A stretch of DNA of 64,000 bases from positions 38,129,152 through 38,193,151 of the forward strand of contig NC_057718.1 of assembly GCF_004010195.1 (NCBI RefSeq), read 5' to 3'. A program made the translations under genes and the position numbers. Source of the stretch: Chiloscyllium plagiosum. Lineage: Eukaryota. The notes below the pieces were generated by a model. The model was given only the letters and a program-made list of their open reading frames with translations. It searched no databases and had not been told where the DNA came from. This document shows, one piece after another, positions 51,410 through 64,000 of this stretch; the first letter of the stretch is position 1; every line of letters begins with the position of its first letter.

Positions 51410-53285
51410 AAACATGTGCAAAGGAGTTGAATTCTCTAATTGAGAGTGCCTCCCCTTAATGTCAAAGCAGTATTTGTCCTAGTATGGCATCAGTGACCCC
51501 AAACAAAACTGGAGTCTGTAGAATTCATGAGGGGAAATCTGTCTGCTGGTTCGAGCTTTATCTAGTAGAAAAGGATTTTGATGGTTGTGGTTGTTCAAGG
51601 TCCATCATTTCAGCCCAGGCCATCATAACGTGAGTTCTAACAGTTCCACCTCCACACTCCCTTGACATTGGTGTGACCATTGATGAATCCCCACTCTCAA
51701 TATCCTGGTAGTTACCATTGACCAGAAACTAAACTGAACTGTCTAAATTAATGCTGTGGTTACAAGAGGCAATCAAAGGCTGGTAATCTTGGAATTAGTA
51801 TCTGTTCTCCTGACACTCCAGAGCTTGTCCACCATCTCTACGGCATAAGTCAGCAGTGTGATTGAATAGTCCCACTTGACTGGATGATTGCATACTCAAA
51901 ATGAGCACTATCAAGGACAAATCAGCCTGCTTGATTGACACTACATGCAACATGAAACTTATTCATGAACACACTGCAGCCGCAGTGTGTACTATCTACA
52001 AGATGTACTGCACTTATTCACCAAGGCTCCTTTGACAGCACCTCCGTTCGGTGTTCTCTGTACCATCACATCTAGGAATGGGAGTTGGCTATCCTTTTCT
52101 TCTCTCGTGAATCGGATTCCTGTGAGTGTGGCGTTGATGATCCGGTGTGTTTATTCTATTNNNNNNNNNNNNNNNNNNNNNNNNNNNNNNNNNNNNNNNN
52201 NNNNNNNNNNNNNNNNNNNNNNNNNNNNNNNNNNNNNNNNNNNNNNNNNNNNNNNNNNNNNNNNNNNNNNNNNNNNNNNNNNNNNNNNNNNNNNNNNNNN
52301 NNNNNNNNNNNNNNNNNNNNNNNNNNNNNNNNNNNNNNNNNNNNNNNNNNNNNNNNNNNNNNNNNNNNNNNNNNNNNNNNNNNNNNNNNNNNNNNNNNNN
52401 NNNNNNNNNNNNNNNNNNNNNNNNNNNNNNNNNNNNNNNNNNNNNNNNNNNNNNNNNNNNNNNNNNNNNNNNNNNNNNNNNNNNNNNNNNNNNNNNNNNN
52501 NNNNNNNNNNNNNNNNNNNNNNNNNNNNNNNNNNNNNNNNNNNNNNNNNNNNNNNNNNNNNNNNNNNNNNNNNNNNNNNNNNNNNNNNNNNNNNNNNNNN
52601 NNNNNNNNNNNNNNNNNNNNNNNNNNNNNNNNNNNNNNNNNNNNNNNNNNNNNNNNNNNTGTGGTTCTGTTCGCCGAGCTGGAAGTTTTTGTTGCAAATG
52701 TTTCGTCCCCTGGCTAGGCGACATCCTCAGTGCTTGGGAGCCTCCTGCGATGCGCTTCTTTGATGTTTCCTCCGGTGTTTATATTGGTCTGTCCCTGCCG
52801 CTTCCGGTTGTGAGTTTCAGCTGTCCGCTGTAGTGGTTGGTATATTGGGTCCAGGTATACCAACCACTACAGCGGACAGCTGAAACTGACAACCGGAAGC
52901 GGCAGGGACAGACCACTATAAACACCAGAGGAAACATCAAAGAAGCGCTTCGCAGGAGGCTCCCAAGCACAGGTGATGTCGCCTAGCCAGGGGATGAAAC
53001 GTTTGCAACAAAAACTTCCAGCTCGGCGAACAGAACCACAACAATGCATAGGAATGCCACCACCTGCAAGTTACTCTCCAAGTCTTTAATCATTCTGACG
53101 CGCAACCATATCACCGTTTCTTAAGTGTTGCTGATTCGACTTTCTGTAACTCCCTTCATAATACTATGGTGAATCTCCATACCTCCATCCCCAGGAGCTG
53201 CAGTTATTCAAGAAGACAGCACATTATCACTTTTCCCACAGCAATAAGTGCTGGGCTTGGCTTGTGATGCCCACATTCCATGCAT
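51410..53285 (+). mobile_element. Second LINE family remnant, interrupted by PLE family B and an N gap
   Basis: Similar to 43135-44220 (AGTATGGCATCA, CTCCTGACACTCCAGAGCTTGTCCACCATC, tail AATAAGTGCTGG..GATGCCCACATTCC). Confidence 0.65.
52085..53043. mobile_element. PLE family B: RT fragment, N gap, then a ~185-bp-arm foldback of the pseudo-LTR
   Basis: Minus-strand HRIINATLTGIRFTREEKDSQL at 52085-52160. 52660-52844 is inverted at 52856-53040 with a few mismatches. Confidence 0.82.
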
Positions 53286-53446
53286 TTCCTTTTATTTACT
53301 CTGTACTAGCTGCTTTCTAAGTCTAATCTGTCATGCAGAATGATTTTTCACATATTAGTTCAGACTTATTTCTGTGTCACCTTTTTTGAGTTGTACTTTT
53401 TTTGATTATTGGCTGTTGTTGTTCTTTGACCAAAATTAATCATTTC

Positions 53447-54079
53447 TGGGATGACACTATGGCTTTAGGAGTTGCACTTTGTCCTTTTTTTTAATGAAAA
53501 AAGGTTGAGACATGGAATTTCAGCAGTCTGCTCAAAGCTAATAAAATAATCAGCTTGTGTGGCGTTGGACTATTTTAAAAAAGTTGGAACAATAGAAGCA
53601 GCCTGAATAGGTGGGGTCAAGCAACCACAAAACCAGGATTTTTAGTTGTGGCATTCAGCAGTTGCTGGGGTCTTGAAGCTGGATGTGCAAGCTTTTATTT
53701 CCCTCCCTGTTTTAGCTAAAAGCTGGCGTTCTCTTCCTTCTGCTAGAATTGCATGTGAGTCAACTTATTTTACTGAATTTGCCTTTGCCAAGGGCGTGTT
53801 GCAAGGTGTTACTTTATTGGAACAATCAATTAGCAGTATTTAATAGATTATTTTGTTAAGCATTTCAATATGGATACAGTTAAGCCAACATTTCATTGTT
53901 TTTTGGTCTGTATTTTAACTCTTGTAAAAATAAAGTTGTTTTGCTTAAAGTTTAATATTTGACCAACTGAATTGCATCTGGAACACAGGGCCTTATACTG
54001 ACCTTTAAAATTAAAACAGGTTAGGGTCTAGGCTATCTTTTTATGTGTATCTTGAGGTGGTTTGGTCTGGTCCATAACA
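53447..54079 (+). mobile_element. Solo LTR of the same Gypsy family as 12939-13566
   Basis: TG...CA ends, colinear with the 3' LTR. Flanks TTTC/CTTC, consistent with a 4-bp TSD carrying one mismatch. Confidence 0.87.
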
Positions 54080-54596
54080 CTTCACATTTCTCAGCATTAA
54101 ATTTCATCTGCTGTTTGTCCACCCATTACACGAACTCGACTAGGTCTTTTTCAATTTTGTCATGATCCTTTTCTCAATTTGAGTGCCTCAAAATGTAGTA
54201 ACACCCGCAAAGTTTGAAAGGTGTGCAAAACACAAGAAATCTAGATTCTATGCATAGATTAAGAAAAGTAGTGGATGAAACCTAACTCCTGAGGAACCCA
54301 GCTAAACATCTTCATATCCACAAAACAAAGCGAAAAACATGACCTTCTTGTCACTTGATCAATCTCATACCATACCGTCACTGTCCCTTTTTTTTGTCAA
54401 AAGATTTTAAGGTTGTTGACTTGCTTAACAGATGATACTCTCAACCTCACCCCTCACCTGAGGTGTGGTGACCCTCGGGTTAAACTACCACCGTTTCATT
54501 TCTACCTAATGAGAGAGCAGCTCTCAGAGTATGGTGACGTTACTCCCTGTTATTGTATCTTTGCATCTAAAGTGTCTTTTAAGTCCAAGCCAGACC

Positions 54597-56600
54597 ATAG
54601 GATCATAAAAAATACGAACAGGCGAAGACTGTTCAGCCCCTCAAGTCTGCTTCACCATTTATTAGGATCGTGACTGATTCAACACACCTCACATCCTTTC
54701 TCTTGCAAGCTCATGATCCTTGATTTCCTTATTGATCAAGAATCTATTCATTTTGGCCTTAAATGTGCACAGGGGCTTAGCCCCCACAGCTCTCTATGCC
54801 AAGGAGTTCTGAGTACACTCAAGAAATTTCTCTTCTTCTGTTTTAAATTGTATCCCTTTTTATTCCAAGACTGTGCACCCTTGTCCTAGACTCTGCCATG
54901 ATTGAATTCTTCTCAGTGTTTACCCTATAAAGCCCATGAAGACTCCTAAATGTTTCAATGAGATCACTTCTCGAGCTTCTAAACTCCATTGAGTAGAGTC
55001 CCAACTTGTTTAGACTTTGCTCAAGACGATGCCTCCAGACTGGGAATCATCTGAATTGGCCCCAGTGAAATAATACCTCCCCTTAAATAAAGGGACCAAA
55101 ACTGCCTACAGTATACCTTATCTGGTCTCACCAGCACCATGTACAGTTGCAATAAGGCTTCCTTTCTCTTATAATGGAAATGTGTTGCTGGAAAAGCGCA
55201 GCAGGTCAGGCAGCATCTAGGGAACAGGAGTTTCGGGCATTAGCCCTTCTTCAGGAATGAGGAAAGTTGCGGAGCGTTTCAGGGAACACCTCTGGGACAC
55301 CCGGACCAACCAACCCAACCACCCTGTAGCTCAACATTTCAATTCCCCCTCCCACTCCACCAAGGATATGCAGGTCTTTGGACTCCTCCATCGTCAGACC
55401 ACAGCGAAACGACGGTTGGAGGAAGAACGCCTCATCTTCCGGCTAGGAACCCTCCAACCACAAGGGATGAACTCGGATTTCACCAGTTTCCTCATTTCCC
55501 CTCCCCCCAGCCTGTCTCAGTCAAATCCATCAAATTCAGCACCGCCTTCCTAACCTGCAATCTTCTTCCCGACCTCTCCGCCCCCACCCCAGTCTGACCT
55601 ATCACCCTCACCTTGACCTCTTTCCACCTATCACATTTCCGACGCCCCTCCCCCAAGTCCCTCCTCCCTATCTTTTATCTTAGCCTGCTGGACCAACTTT
55701 CCTCATTCCTGAAGAAGGGCTAATGCCCGAAACGTCGATTCTCCTGTTCCCTAGATGCTGCCTGACCTGCTGCGCTTTTCCAGCAACACATTTCCATCTC
55801 TGATCTCCTGCATCTGCAGACCTCACTTCTTCCTTTCTCTTATAGTCTATCCCCAGAAATACGGGCCAACATTCATTTTGCTGTCCTGAGTACCTCCTGC
55901 ACCATTATGCTAGCTTTTCCATGTTTTGTGCAGATCCCTTTGTGTTGTGCTTTGTGTATTTTTTTCTCCATTTGAATAATCCTGTGTTCTTGGGCTGTCC
56001 CTTCCAGAATGAACAATTCACATTTTCTATCATACTCCATTTGCTGCCATCTTGCCCACTCACTTAACCTATCAATGTCTCTTTGTAAACTATATCCTTC
56101 GTGCACCTTGTCTTTGTTTTTGTGTCATCTGCAAATTTGGCTACAAGATATTTGCTTCCTTCCTCAAATTGTTAATATGCAATGTAATTAGCGGCGGTCC
56201 CAACCCTGTTCCCTTTGGAACACCACTGGTCACAGGTTGCCAACCTGAAAAAGAACCCAATTTCCTCACTTGCTGTTTTATCCCCATTAGCCAATTCTAT
56301 ATCCTTGCCAGTATACTGCCTCCAACGCCAGGGGCTCTTTAACCTTTTGTGAGATACCTCATTGCATGTTGCCTGGAAGTCCACAGGCGACACATCTACT
56401 GGGTCCTCTCTATCCACTCTGGTTCAGTTGTATGCAAAGAAAACTATAATAAATTAGTCAGACACAAATTTACCTTTCATAAAGCCATGCTGACTTTGCT
56501 GGATTAGATTACAATTTTCCAAATGTGCAACAGTTACTTCCTTAATAAATGATTACAACATTTTTCAAACCATGACATTAACCAGCTTGACCCTCATCAA
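54597..56600 (-). mobile_element. Old CR1 (RT to 3' end), interrupted by a PLE at 55174-55828
   Basis: Minus-strand MDREDPVDVSPVDFQATCNEVSHKRL and LQRDIDRLSEWARWQQMEY. Confidence 0.8.
55174..55828 (+). mobile_element. PLE 3' fragment with an inverted 5' pLTR piece and a perfect 16-bp TSD
   Basis: AERFREHLWDTR..VAQHFNSPSH..EERLIFRLGTLQPQGMN. The first ~95 bp are an inverted copy of its own pLTR. CTTCCTTTCTCTTATA at 55158-55173 and 55829-55844. Hammerhead core at 55709-55736. Confidence 0.92.
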
Positions 56601-57684
56601 CCCTGTTATCTTATCAGATAATTGAGCTGTCGTTGTTCAAGGGACTGTTACTTTTGTTCCAAGTTATAATTTTGAAAGCTTTGCTATAATTGATGTTTAA
56701 CTTGACTGACCTGTGATTATTGGGTTTATCTTCAACACTATTTTGAACGCAGCTTGCGGGGGTTTCAGAATTGATGTATTTGTGTGTGGCATGTGGTACT
56801 GTTTCAATTATTTTTCTTACTAAAGTTAAGCACACCTTTCTTTGCTACTGTGTCCCAAGAGTTGATTGGAACTTTTGTATCTGAAATGAAAAACCTAGAG
56901 CACTGCAAACTTAATTTTAATTGAAGTTAGCTCTCAGCGCTGGTCATCCAATGTTGTTAGATAAATTCTTACTGCACCTCTTAGTAAAAGAGAAATCTTG
57001 TAGATAAGGATGTACAGGGCCTGATTGGTTTTGTGTGATGGATGAAAATTGTTTTGTAAACGATAAGAAGAGGTTCTTGTCTTAAATGCAATGTTGTTTG
57101 TTGCATTATAGCAACTATGTACAAGTTACATTTGTATGAGGAGAGATTGTTACAAAACTATGAAGAAGCCCTTCATGTTGGGATTTAGTCTGAGGTCCAA
57201 AGTTGTTACATCAGCTGATTGTATATGATGTTCATTTTCTTGGGCTGTGTTTCTTCGCCCTCAGATGTAACTCATGAGACCTTGACACCCATGTGCACCA
57301 TTCAGAAGCTGTTTCTGCTTTAGAATATTGTCTTGGTTTATTTGGGCTTTTAATCTGTTGCCTATGTTGTGCGAACATTGTACAAATGGTATAAACTCTG
57401 CTGAGCTAGATTTTGCATTTGTTTTCAAATGTGGCACTGCTATGACTGTAAGAAATGACATGCAAATCTATAACTGGCTGGAATTAATTATCTGTGGATT
57501 TAAAGAAATGGCTTTGAACAGCTGAGCTGATGCCAACAATTTTTGCATATGTTTTTTTTCGAAGATTTTGCTGCTGCTTTATTCCCGGAAGCATTCAACA
57601 ATGTCAAAAATCAAGTCGCATATTTTGTGTTTTGTTTGGGAATAAATTTCTTTGCTTAACAGGATTAGAGTGCATTCTGATATA

Positions 57685-57894
57685 CAGGTAGTTCTTCTGT
57701 GGTGTGATGGTTGTGTTCTTGCATGACTCAGCACTGAATAAAAAGTTTGCAGTAAAAAGAGCACTGAAAGCGTTGGCAATGCAATCGCGTTATAGCCAAC
57801 ACATTTTAAAAGCTTGCGCTTTAGAAACAGCATCCCCTATTCATCAATCACATTGCAACCAATTGATGTAACGTGCGTTACAGCAGAACAATCT
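57685..57894. mobile_element. Pogo/Tigger-like MITE, copy 2
   Basis: TA-CAGGTAGTTCTTCTGT ... ACAGCAGAACAATCT-TA: imperfect TIRs with TA flanks. Internal similarity to 5309-5511. Confidence 0.6.
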
Positions 57895-58019
57895 TACTTA
57901 GTTAATTCTTAACTGGCAGGTTCCCTTCTAGTAATTGTACATTAGATCTATATATGGATTGATCGTTCTTTGCTACTCTGAAATGGATAATTGTAGGTTG
58001 TTTCCTTATCATAAGCTCC

Positions 58020-60560
58020 TAGAATGTAGGTGCAGCAGGAGACTATTCAGCCCACTGGGTCTCATTCACTGAGGTAATGGCTGATCTGATAATTTTCATT
58101 CCCACTTTTTCCATACAGTCTGATGTTTATTCAGTAAGGAGAATCAAAGTTTATCTCAGCTATCAGGCTATTTCATCACTCAACCTCAACAGCCCTCTGT
58201 GGTAAAGAATTTCACGGATTCACTACTCTGAGAGGAAAATTTCTTCCCATTTCAGTCTTCCCTGAGTGACACCCTTCTGAGATTATGCCTTCTGGTCGTA
58301 GACAAGGGGAAGCCACCTTTCTGCCTACCATGTGTCTTTATCTTATTTTTTAATGTGTCATCTCTCCTAAGTTTCAGTGAATACAGGCCAAATTTCCTCA
58401 ATCTGTCCTCCTAAGATGGTCCCTCCATCTCAGGGATCAGCTCAGTGAACCGAGTGAATTTCTCCAATGCCGGTATGTCTTTCCTTAGATGAGGTGCCCA
58501 AAAACTGTTAACAGGTGTGGTCTGACGAATGACTTTCATTGTTTCAGCAAAAACTTCCTTTGAAATAAAGGCCAACATTGCATTTGTCGTCTTTATTATC
58601 CGCTGAACTTGGATGCTAGCTTTGAAACCTTCTGCAGGTTAATACTCAGCTCCTCTGTTCTCCTTGCCAAAAGTACGTAACACCTTCCCTTTTTTTTATT
58701 CCTCATAATATTCCATCTCCCATTTTAGTGCAACTGCATAACCTGCCTACATGCGTTTGCATACTCTGTCATTCTCACCACTTGCCTTTCCACATGTTTT
58801 TGCATTATCTGCAAACTTGGCTATAGTACATTCACTTCCCTCATCCAAGTCATTAATGTATATTGTGTATAGTTTGGCTGCAGGACTGATCCCTGTAGCA
58901 TTCCATTATTTTCATGTTTCCATCCTTGAAATGACCCCCTATCCCAACTCTGTCTTCTGTCTGTTCGCCTATCCTCAATCCATGCTAATATACCAACTCA
59001 AATACAATGGGCTCTTATTAAGTAGCCTAACATATCAAATGCCTTCTGGAAATTCAGATATATTACATCAACTGCTTTCCTTTACCTATCCTACTTATTA
59101 TCTCCCCAAAGAACTCTAATAAATTTAATAAGCATGCTTTTCCTTAAAGTCATGCTGACTTGTGCTTGATCATGTTACGGTAAATGCTCTACTGTTTTAT
59201 CTTCTGTAATAGACTCTTCAACATTTTCCCAAGAACGCATGTTAAGCCAACTGGCTTCTCATTACCTTTTTTTTGTCTCCATCCTGTTTTGAACAAAGGC
59301 ATTATGTTACCAGTTTCCCAGTTCTCTTTTCAAGAATCAAAGGGTTTTTGGAAGATTGTTACAAGTACATCAATCAACTCTGTATCTACTTTGGATGCAT
59401 CTGAGAATATTAAATCAGGTACTAAGAACTTAGCAGTCTTTTGTCTAAGTAGTTTCCTCACACTTACTCTTCACTTGTGACTATCTATTTCTTCTCCTAC
59501 TTTTAGCCCATGAATTTTTCCAGTAATTTTGAAATTTTGTTAGTGATTTCTACTGTCAGGATTGATGCAAAGCATTTATAGAGTCATAGAGATGTACAGC
59601 ATGGAAACAGACCCTTTGGTCCAACCTGTCCACGCCGACCAGGTATCCCAACCCAATCTAGTCCCACCTGCCAGCAACCGGCCCATATCCCTCTAAACCC
59701 TTCCTATTCATATACCCATCCAAATGCCTCTTAAATGTTGCAATTGTACCAGCCTCCACCACATCCTCTGGCAGCTCATTCCATACACGTACCTCCCTCT
59801 GCGTGAAAAGGTTGCCCCTTAGGTCTCTCTTATATCTTTCCCCTCTCACCTTAAACCTATGCCCTCTAGTTCTGGATTCCCTGATCCCAGGGAAAAGACT
59901 TTGCCTATTTATCCTATCCATGCCCCTTATAATTTTGTAAATTTCTATAAAGTCACCCCTCAGCCTCCGACGCTCCATGGAAAACAGCCCCAGCCTGTTC
60001 AGCCTCTCCCTATAGTTCAAATCCTCTCCCAGCCTGTGTTCACTTTGGCTTCTCTGAGATATTTGTAAAAAAAGCAGTTGATGCCAATTTTGGTATTATT
60101 TGCAAATTTATCATAGAACATAGAAAAGTACAGCACAGAACAGGCCCTTTGGCCCACGATATTGTGCCGAGATTTAATCCTAATGTAAAATATAGTAACT
60201 TAACCTACGCACCCCTCAACTCACTGCTGTCCATGTGCATGTCCAGCAGTCACTTAAATGTCCCCAGTGACTCTGCTTCCACCACCACAGCTGGCAGCGC
60301 ATTCCATGCATTCACAACTCAAAGTTTATTTTCTGTCTCTTCATCTTTTTTGCTTGTCATTTGGTTTTTAAAACTCTCAGAATCTTCTGGCTTAATACTA
60401 AACTTTGCCACATTATATATGTATTTTCTTTCAGTTTGATGTGATATTTAACTTACCTGATTAGCCAATTTTGGCTTCTCCCTTCCTAAGTTCCTCCTTG
60501 CTCTGGGATATGCCTTTGCTGAGAGACATGAATTTTAAAAGAAAAAGTCTGTCATTATTC
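58020..60560 (-). mobile_element. Old decayed CR1 with two younger CR1 3' ends nested in it (59578-60030 and about 60112-60320)
   Basis: The young insert reads YRERLNRLGLFSMERRRLRGDFIEIYK..TRGHRFKV..WNELP. The surrounding sequence is colinear with the CR1 at 60796-64000 but much more diverged. Confidence 0.75.
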
Positions 60561-60570
60561 CTCAACCATT

Positions 60571-60795
60571 GGGTGGCACTTTGGCTCAGTGGTTAGCACA
60601 GCTGTCTCACAGCGCCTGGGACCCAGGTTTGATTCCACCCTGGGGCAACTGTCTGTGAGGGGTTTGCAGATTCTCCCCCCATGTCTACATGGGTTTCCTC
60701 CAACTACACAGGTTTCCTCCCACAGTCCAAAGATTTGCAGGTTAGGTGGATTGGTCATGCTAAATTGTCTGTAGTGTGCTGGCCAGGTAGATTAA
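60571..60795 (+). mobile_element. HE1/V-SINE 5' part, abutting the 3' end of a CR1
   Basis: TGGCTCAGTGGTTAGCAC head and central domain. The tail is missing. Confidence 0.85.
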
Positions 60796-63700
60796 GACCA
60801 TAAGACATAGGAGTGGAAGTAAGGCCATTCGACCCATCGAATCCGCTCTGCAATTTAATCGTGGCTGATGGGCATTTCAACTCCACTACGCGCGCTCTCC
60901 CTGTAGCCCGTAATTCCTTGCGAGATCAAGAATTTATCAATCTCTGCCTTAAAGACATTTGACATCCTGGCCTCCACTGCCCTCTGTGACATTGAATTCC
61001 ACAGGCCCGCCACTCTCTGACGGCAGAAATGTCTCCTCGTTTCGGTTCTAAATTGACCTGCTCTAATTCTAAGGCTATGTCTATGGGTCCTAGTTTCCTT
61101 GCCTAATGGAAACAACTTCCCCAGTGTCCACCCTTTCTAAGCCATGCATTATCTTGTAAGTTTCTATTAGATCTCCCCTCAAACCTCTCAACTCTAATGA
61201 ATACATTGCCAGGATTCTCAGCTGTTAATTGTATGTTAGACCTACTATTCCAGGGATCATCCGTGTGAATCGCTGCTGGACACGCTCCAGTGCCAGTATG
61301 TCTTTCCTGAGGTGTGGGGCCCAAAATTGGACACAGTATTCTAAATGGGGCCTAACTAGAGCTTTCTAAAGTCTCAGAAGCACATCGCTGATTTTATATT
61401 CCAACCCTCTTGAGATAAATGACAACATTACATTCGCTTTCTTATTCGCAGACTCACCCTGCAAGTTAACCTTGAGAGAATCCTGAACTAGTATTCCCTT
61501 TGTACTTTGGCTTTATGAATTTGCTCACTGTTTAGAAAATAGTCCGTACCTGTATTAATTTTTCCAAAGTGCAACATCTTGCATTTGCTCACATTGAATT
61601 TCATCAGCCATTTCCTGGACAACTCTCCTAAACTATCTAAATCTTTCTGCAGCCTCTTCACCTCCTCAGCATGACCTGCCTGTCCAGCTAACTTTATATC
61701 ATCAGTGAACTTTGCCAGAATGCTGCCAATCCCTTCACCCAGATCATTAATATATAAAGTGGACAGCTGCAGCCCCAACACTGAACCCTGTGGGACACCA
61801 CTTGTCACCAGCTTCCATTCCGATAAAGAACCTTTTATTCCAACTCTCTGCCTTCTGTCAGACAGCCAATCCTCAATACATGCCAGTAGCTCACCTCAGA
61901 CACCATGGGCCCTCACCTTACTCAGCAGCCTCCTGTGAGGTACCTTTATCAAAGGCCTTTTGGAAGTCCAGATAGATAACATCCACTGGATTTCCCTGGT
62001 CTAACCTACTTGTTACCTCTTCAAAGAGTTCTAACAGATTAGTCAGGCACGACCTCCCCTTACTAAATCCATGTTGACTTGTTCTAATTGACCCGTACTT
62101 CCAAGAATTCAGAAATCTCATCCTTAACGATGGATTCGGGAGTTTTGCCAACAATTGAGGTTAGGCTAATCTGCCTATAATTTTCCATCTTTTGCCTTGA
62201 TCCTTTCTTGAACAAGGGGGTTACAACAGCAATTTCCCAATCATCTGATATTTTTCCTGACTCCAGTGACTTTGGAAAGATCACAACCAACGCCTCTGCT
62301 ATTTCCTCAGCCATCTCCCTCAGAACTCTAGGATGCAGCCCACCGGGGCCAGGAGATTTATCAATTTTTAGACCTTTTACTTTTCTAGCATTTCTCTTTT
62401 TTAATGACTATTATACTCAACTCTGCCCCCTGACTCTCCTGAATTGTTGGGATATTACTCATGTCTTCCACTGTGAAGACTAATGCAAAATACTTATTAA
62501 GTTCTTCAGCTATTTCCTTATCTCCCATCACTAATTTTCCAACATCAATTTGGAGCACCCCAATGTCTCCTTTTGCCTCTTGTTTGTTTCTTATGTACTG
62601 AAAGAAACTTTTACTATCATTTCTAATATTACTGGCTACCCTACCTTCATATTTGATCCTCTCCTTCCTTCCTTCTCTCTTTGTTATCCTCTGTTTGTTT
62701 TTGTAGTCTTCCAAATCTTCTGATTTCCCAGTTCTCTTGGCCACTTTATGGGCTCTCTCTTTTTCTTTGATATATTTCCTGACTTCCTTTGTCAGCCATG
62801 GCTGTCTAACCACCACCACCACCAGATAATATTTCTTTTCTTTGGGATGAACCTGTGTACTGTGTCCTCAATTACACCCAGAAACTCCTGTCATTGTTGC
62901 TGTACTGTCTTCCCCACTGGGCTCTGCTTCCAGTCAAGTTTCATCAGTTCATCTCTCATGCTGCTATAAATATCTTTATTTAACTGTAACACCACTACAT
63001 CCAATTTTGCCTTCTCGCTTTCAAACTGCAGACTGAACTCTACCATTTTATAATCACTTCCTCCTAAGTGTTCCTTACTTTAAGATCTTTTATAATGTCT
63101 GGCTCATTACATAGCACCAAGTCCTGAATAGCCTGCTCCCTTATGGGCTCTATCACAAGCTGTTCCAAAAAACCAACCTGTAAGCATTCCATCAATTCCC
63201 TTTCTTTGGATCCACCGGCAACACTATTCACCCAGTTCACCTGCATAGTGAACTCCCCCATGATCACCGTGACCTTGCCTTTCTGACATGCCCAATCTAT
63301 TGCCCCGTACGTCTTGTGCCCTGGTCCTAACCACTGTTAGGAGGTCTGTACATAACTCCCATTATGTTTTTTTTTGCCTTTGTGGTTCCAGAAGTCCACC
63401 TGCACAGACTCCACATCATCTGACCCGATGTCATTTAGTGCCAAAAATTTAATTTTGTTCTGAACTGACAAGGCAACCCCACTTCCTCTGCCCACCTCTT
63501 TTGCATAAGTTGTCTTTTGGATAAGTTGTAAATCCTTGGATGTTTAACTGCCAGTCCTGAACCCCCTGCAACAATGTCTCTGTGAAGCCTACCACATCAT
63601 AATAATTCACGATGATTTCTGCTGTTAATTCATCTACTTTGTTATGAATATTATGAGCATTCAGGTAAATGCCTTAATGCTAACTTTCTTATAATTATTA

Positions 63701-64000
63701 GAGATATTGGAAATCATAAGATGTCCTGCCTTATCCTTCCTTTTTGCTGCATTTCTAGCTTGCTTTGAGTTTAAACCCACATGTACACATTCTATTCTGC
63801 AGCTTATCTTTCCTTTTAACTCCATACTCCATGTCGCTTTCGCTTTCTCTTCCGCCCGACTCAGAAGTTTAAAGTCCTACTGAGCACCGATTTATCCTTT
63901 TCGCTAGAATACTGGTTGCAAATTGGTTCAGGTGGAGGCCATCCCAACGGTACAGATCTCCCTGTTTCAAAAACTGATGCCAATGCCCCATGAAATGGAA
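60796..64000 (-). mobile_element. CR1 LINE, full ORF2 span pseudogenised; runs off the window in ORF1
   Basis: Minus-strand [105 protein letters not shown]. (CATAAGA)n tail at about 60799. ORF1 end (DLYRWDGLHLN) near 63925-63960. Confidence 0.93.

Noticed and set aside
51987..52833. Four 210-258 aa ORFs
   Set aside because: They are open only because they cross the 499-N gap.
57663..57687. 25-nt micro-exon (TTAACAG|...CAG|GTAGTT)
   Set aside because: The apparent donor is the terminal repeat of the MITE, and nothing else supports it.

Overview
Eukaryotic, repeat-dense vertebrate DNA, most likely from a shark or other elasmobranch (inferred from HE1/V-type tRNA-derived SINEs and CR1 LINEs). 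I could not identify any host protein-coding exon with confidence. Nearly every long ORF in the track is a decayed retroelement fragment or an N-gap artefact. The window holds: (1) many CR1 LINE copies, including a near full-length 5' half with an SGNH-esterase ORF1, plus a second CR1/L2-group LINE family, L2 and Rex1/Babar remnants; (2) about nine HE1/V-SINE copies; (3) a decayed Gypsy LTR element with integrase placed before RT (Gmr1-type order), its 3' LTR and a solo LTR 40 kb away; (4) at least two Penelope-like (PLE) families whose terminal repeats carry minimal hammerhead-ribozyme motifs and form foldbacks and composite, cargo-carrying insertions with long target-site duplications; (5) a CpG island at about 21.4-22.3 kb with a strong + strand splice donor, probably the promoter and first exon of an unidentified gene, and a stem-dense candidate exon at about 37.3 kb. 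Two assembly gaps lie at 3242-3446 and 52161-52659. I see no clearly new biological system. The best leads are the PLE/hammerhead composite insertions and the structured candidate exon. All alignments were done by eye, and the boundaries of decayed repeats are approximate.
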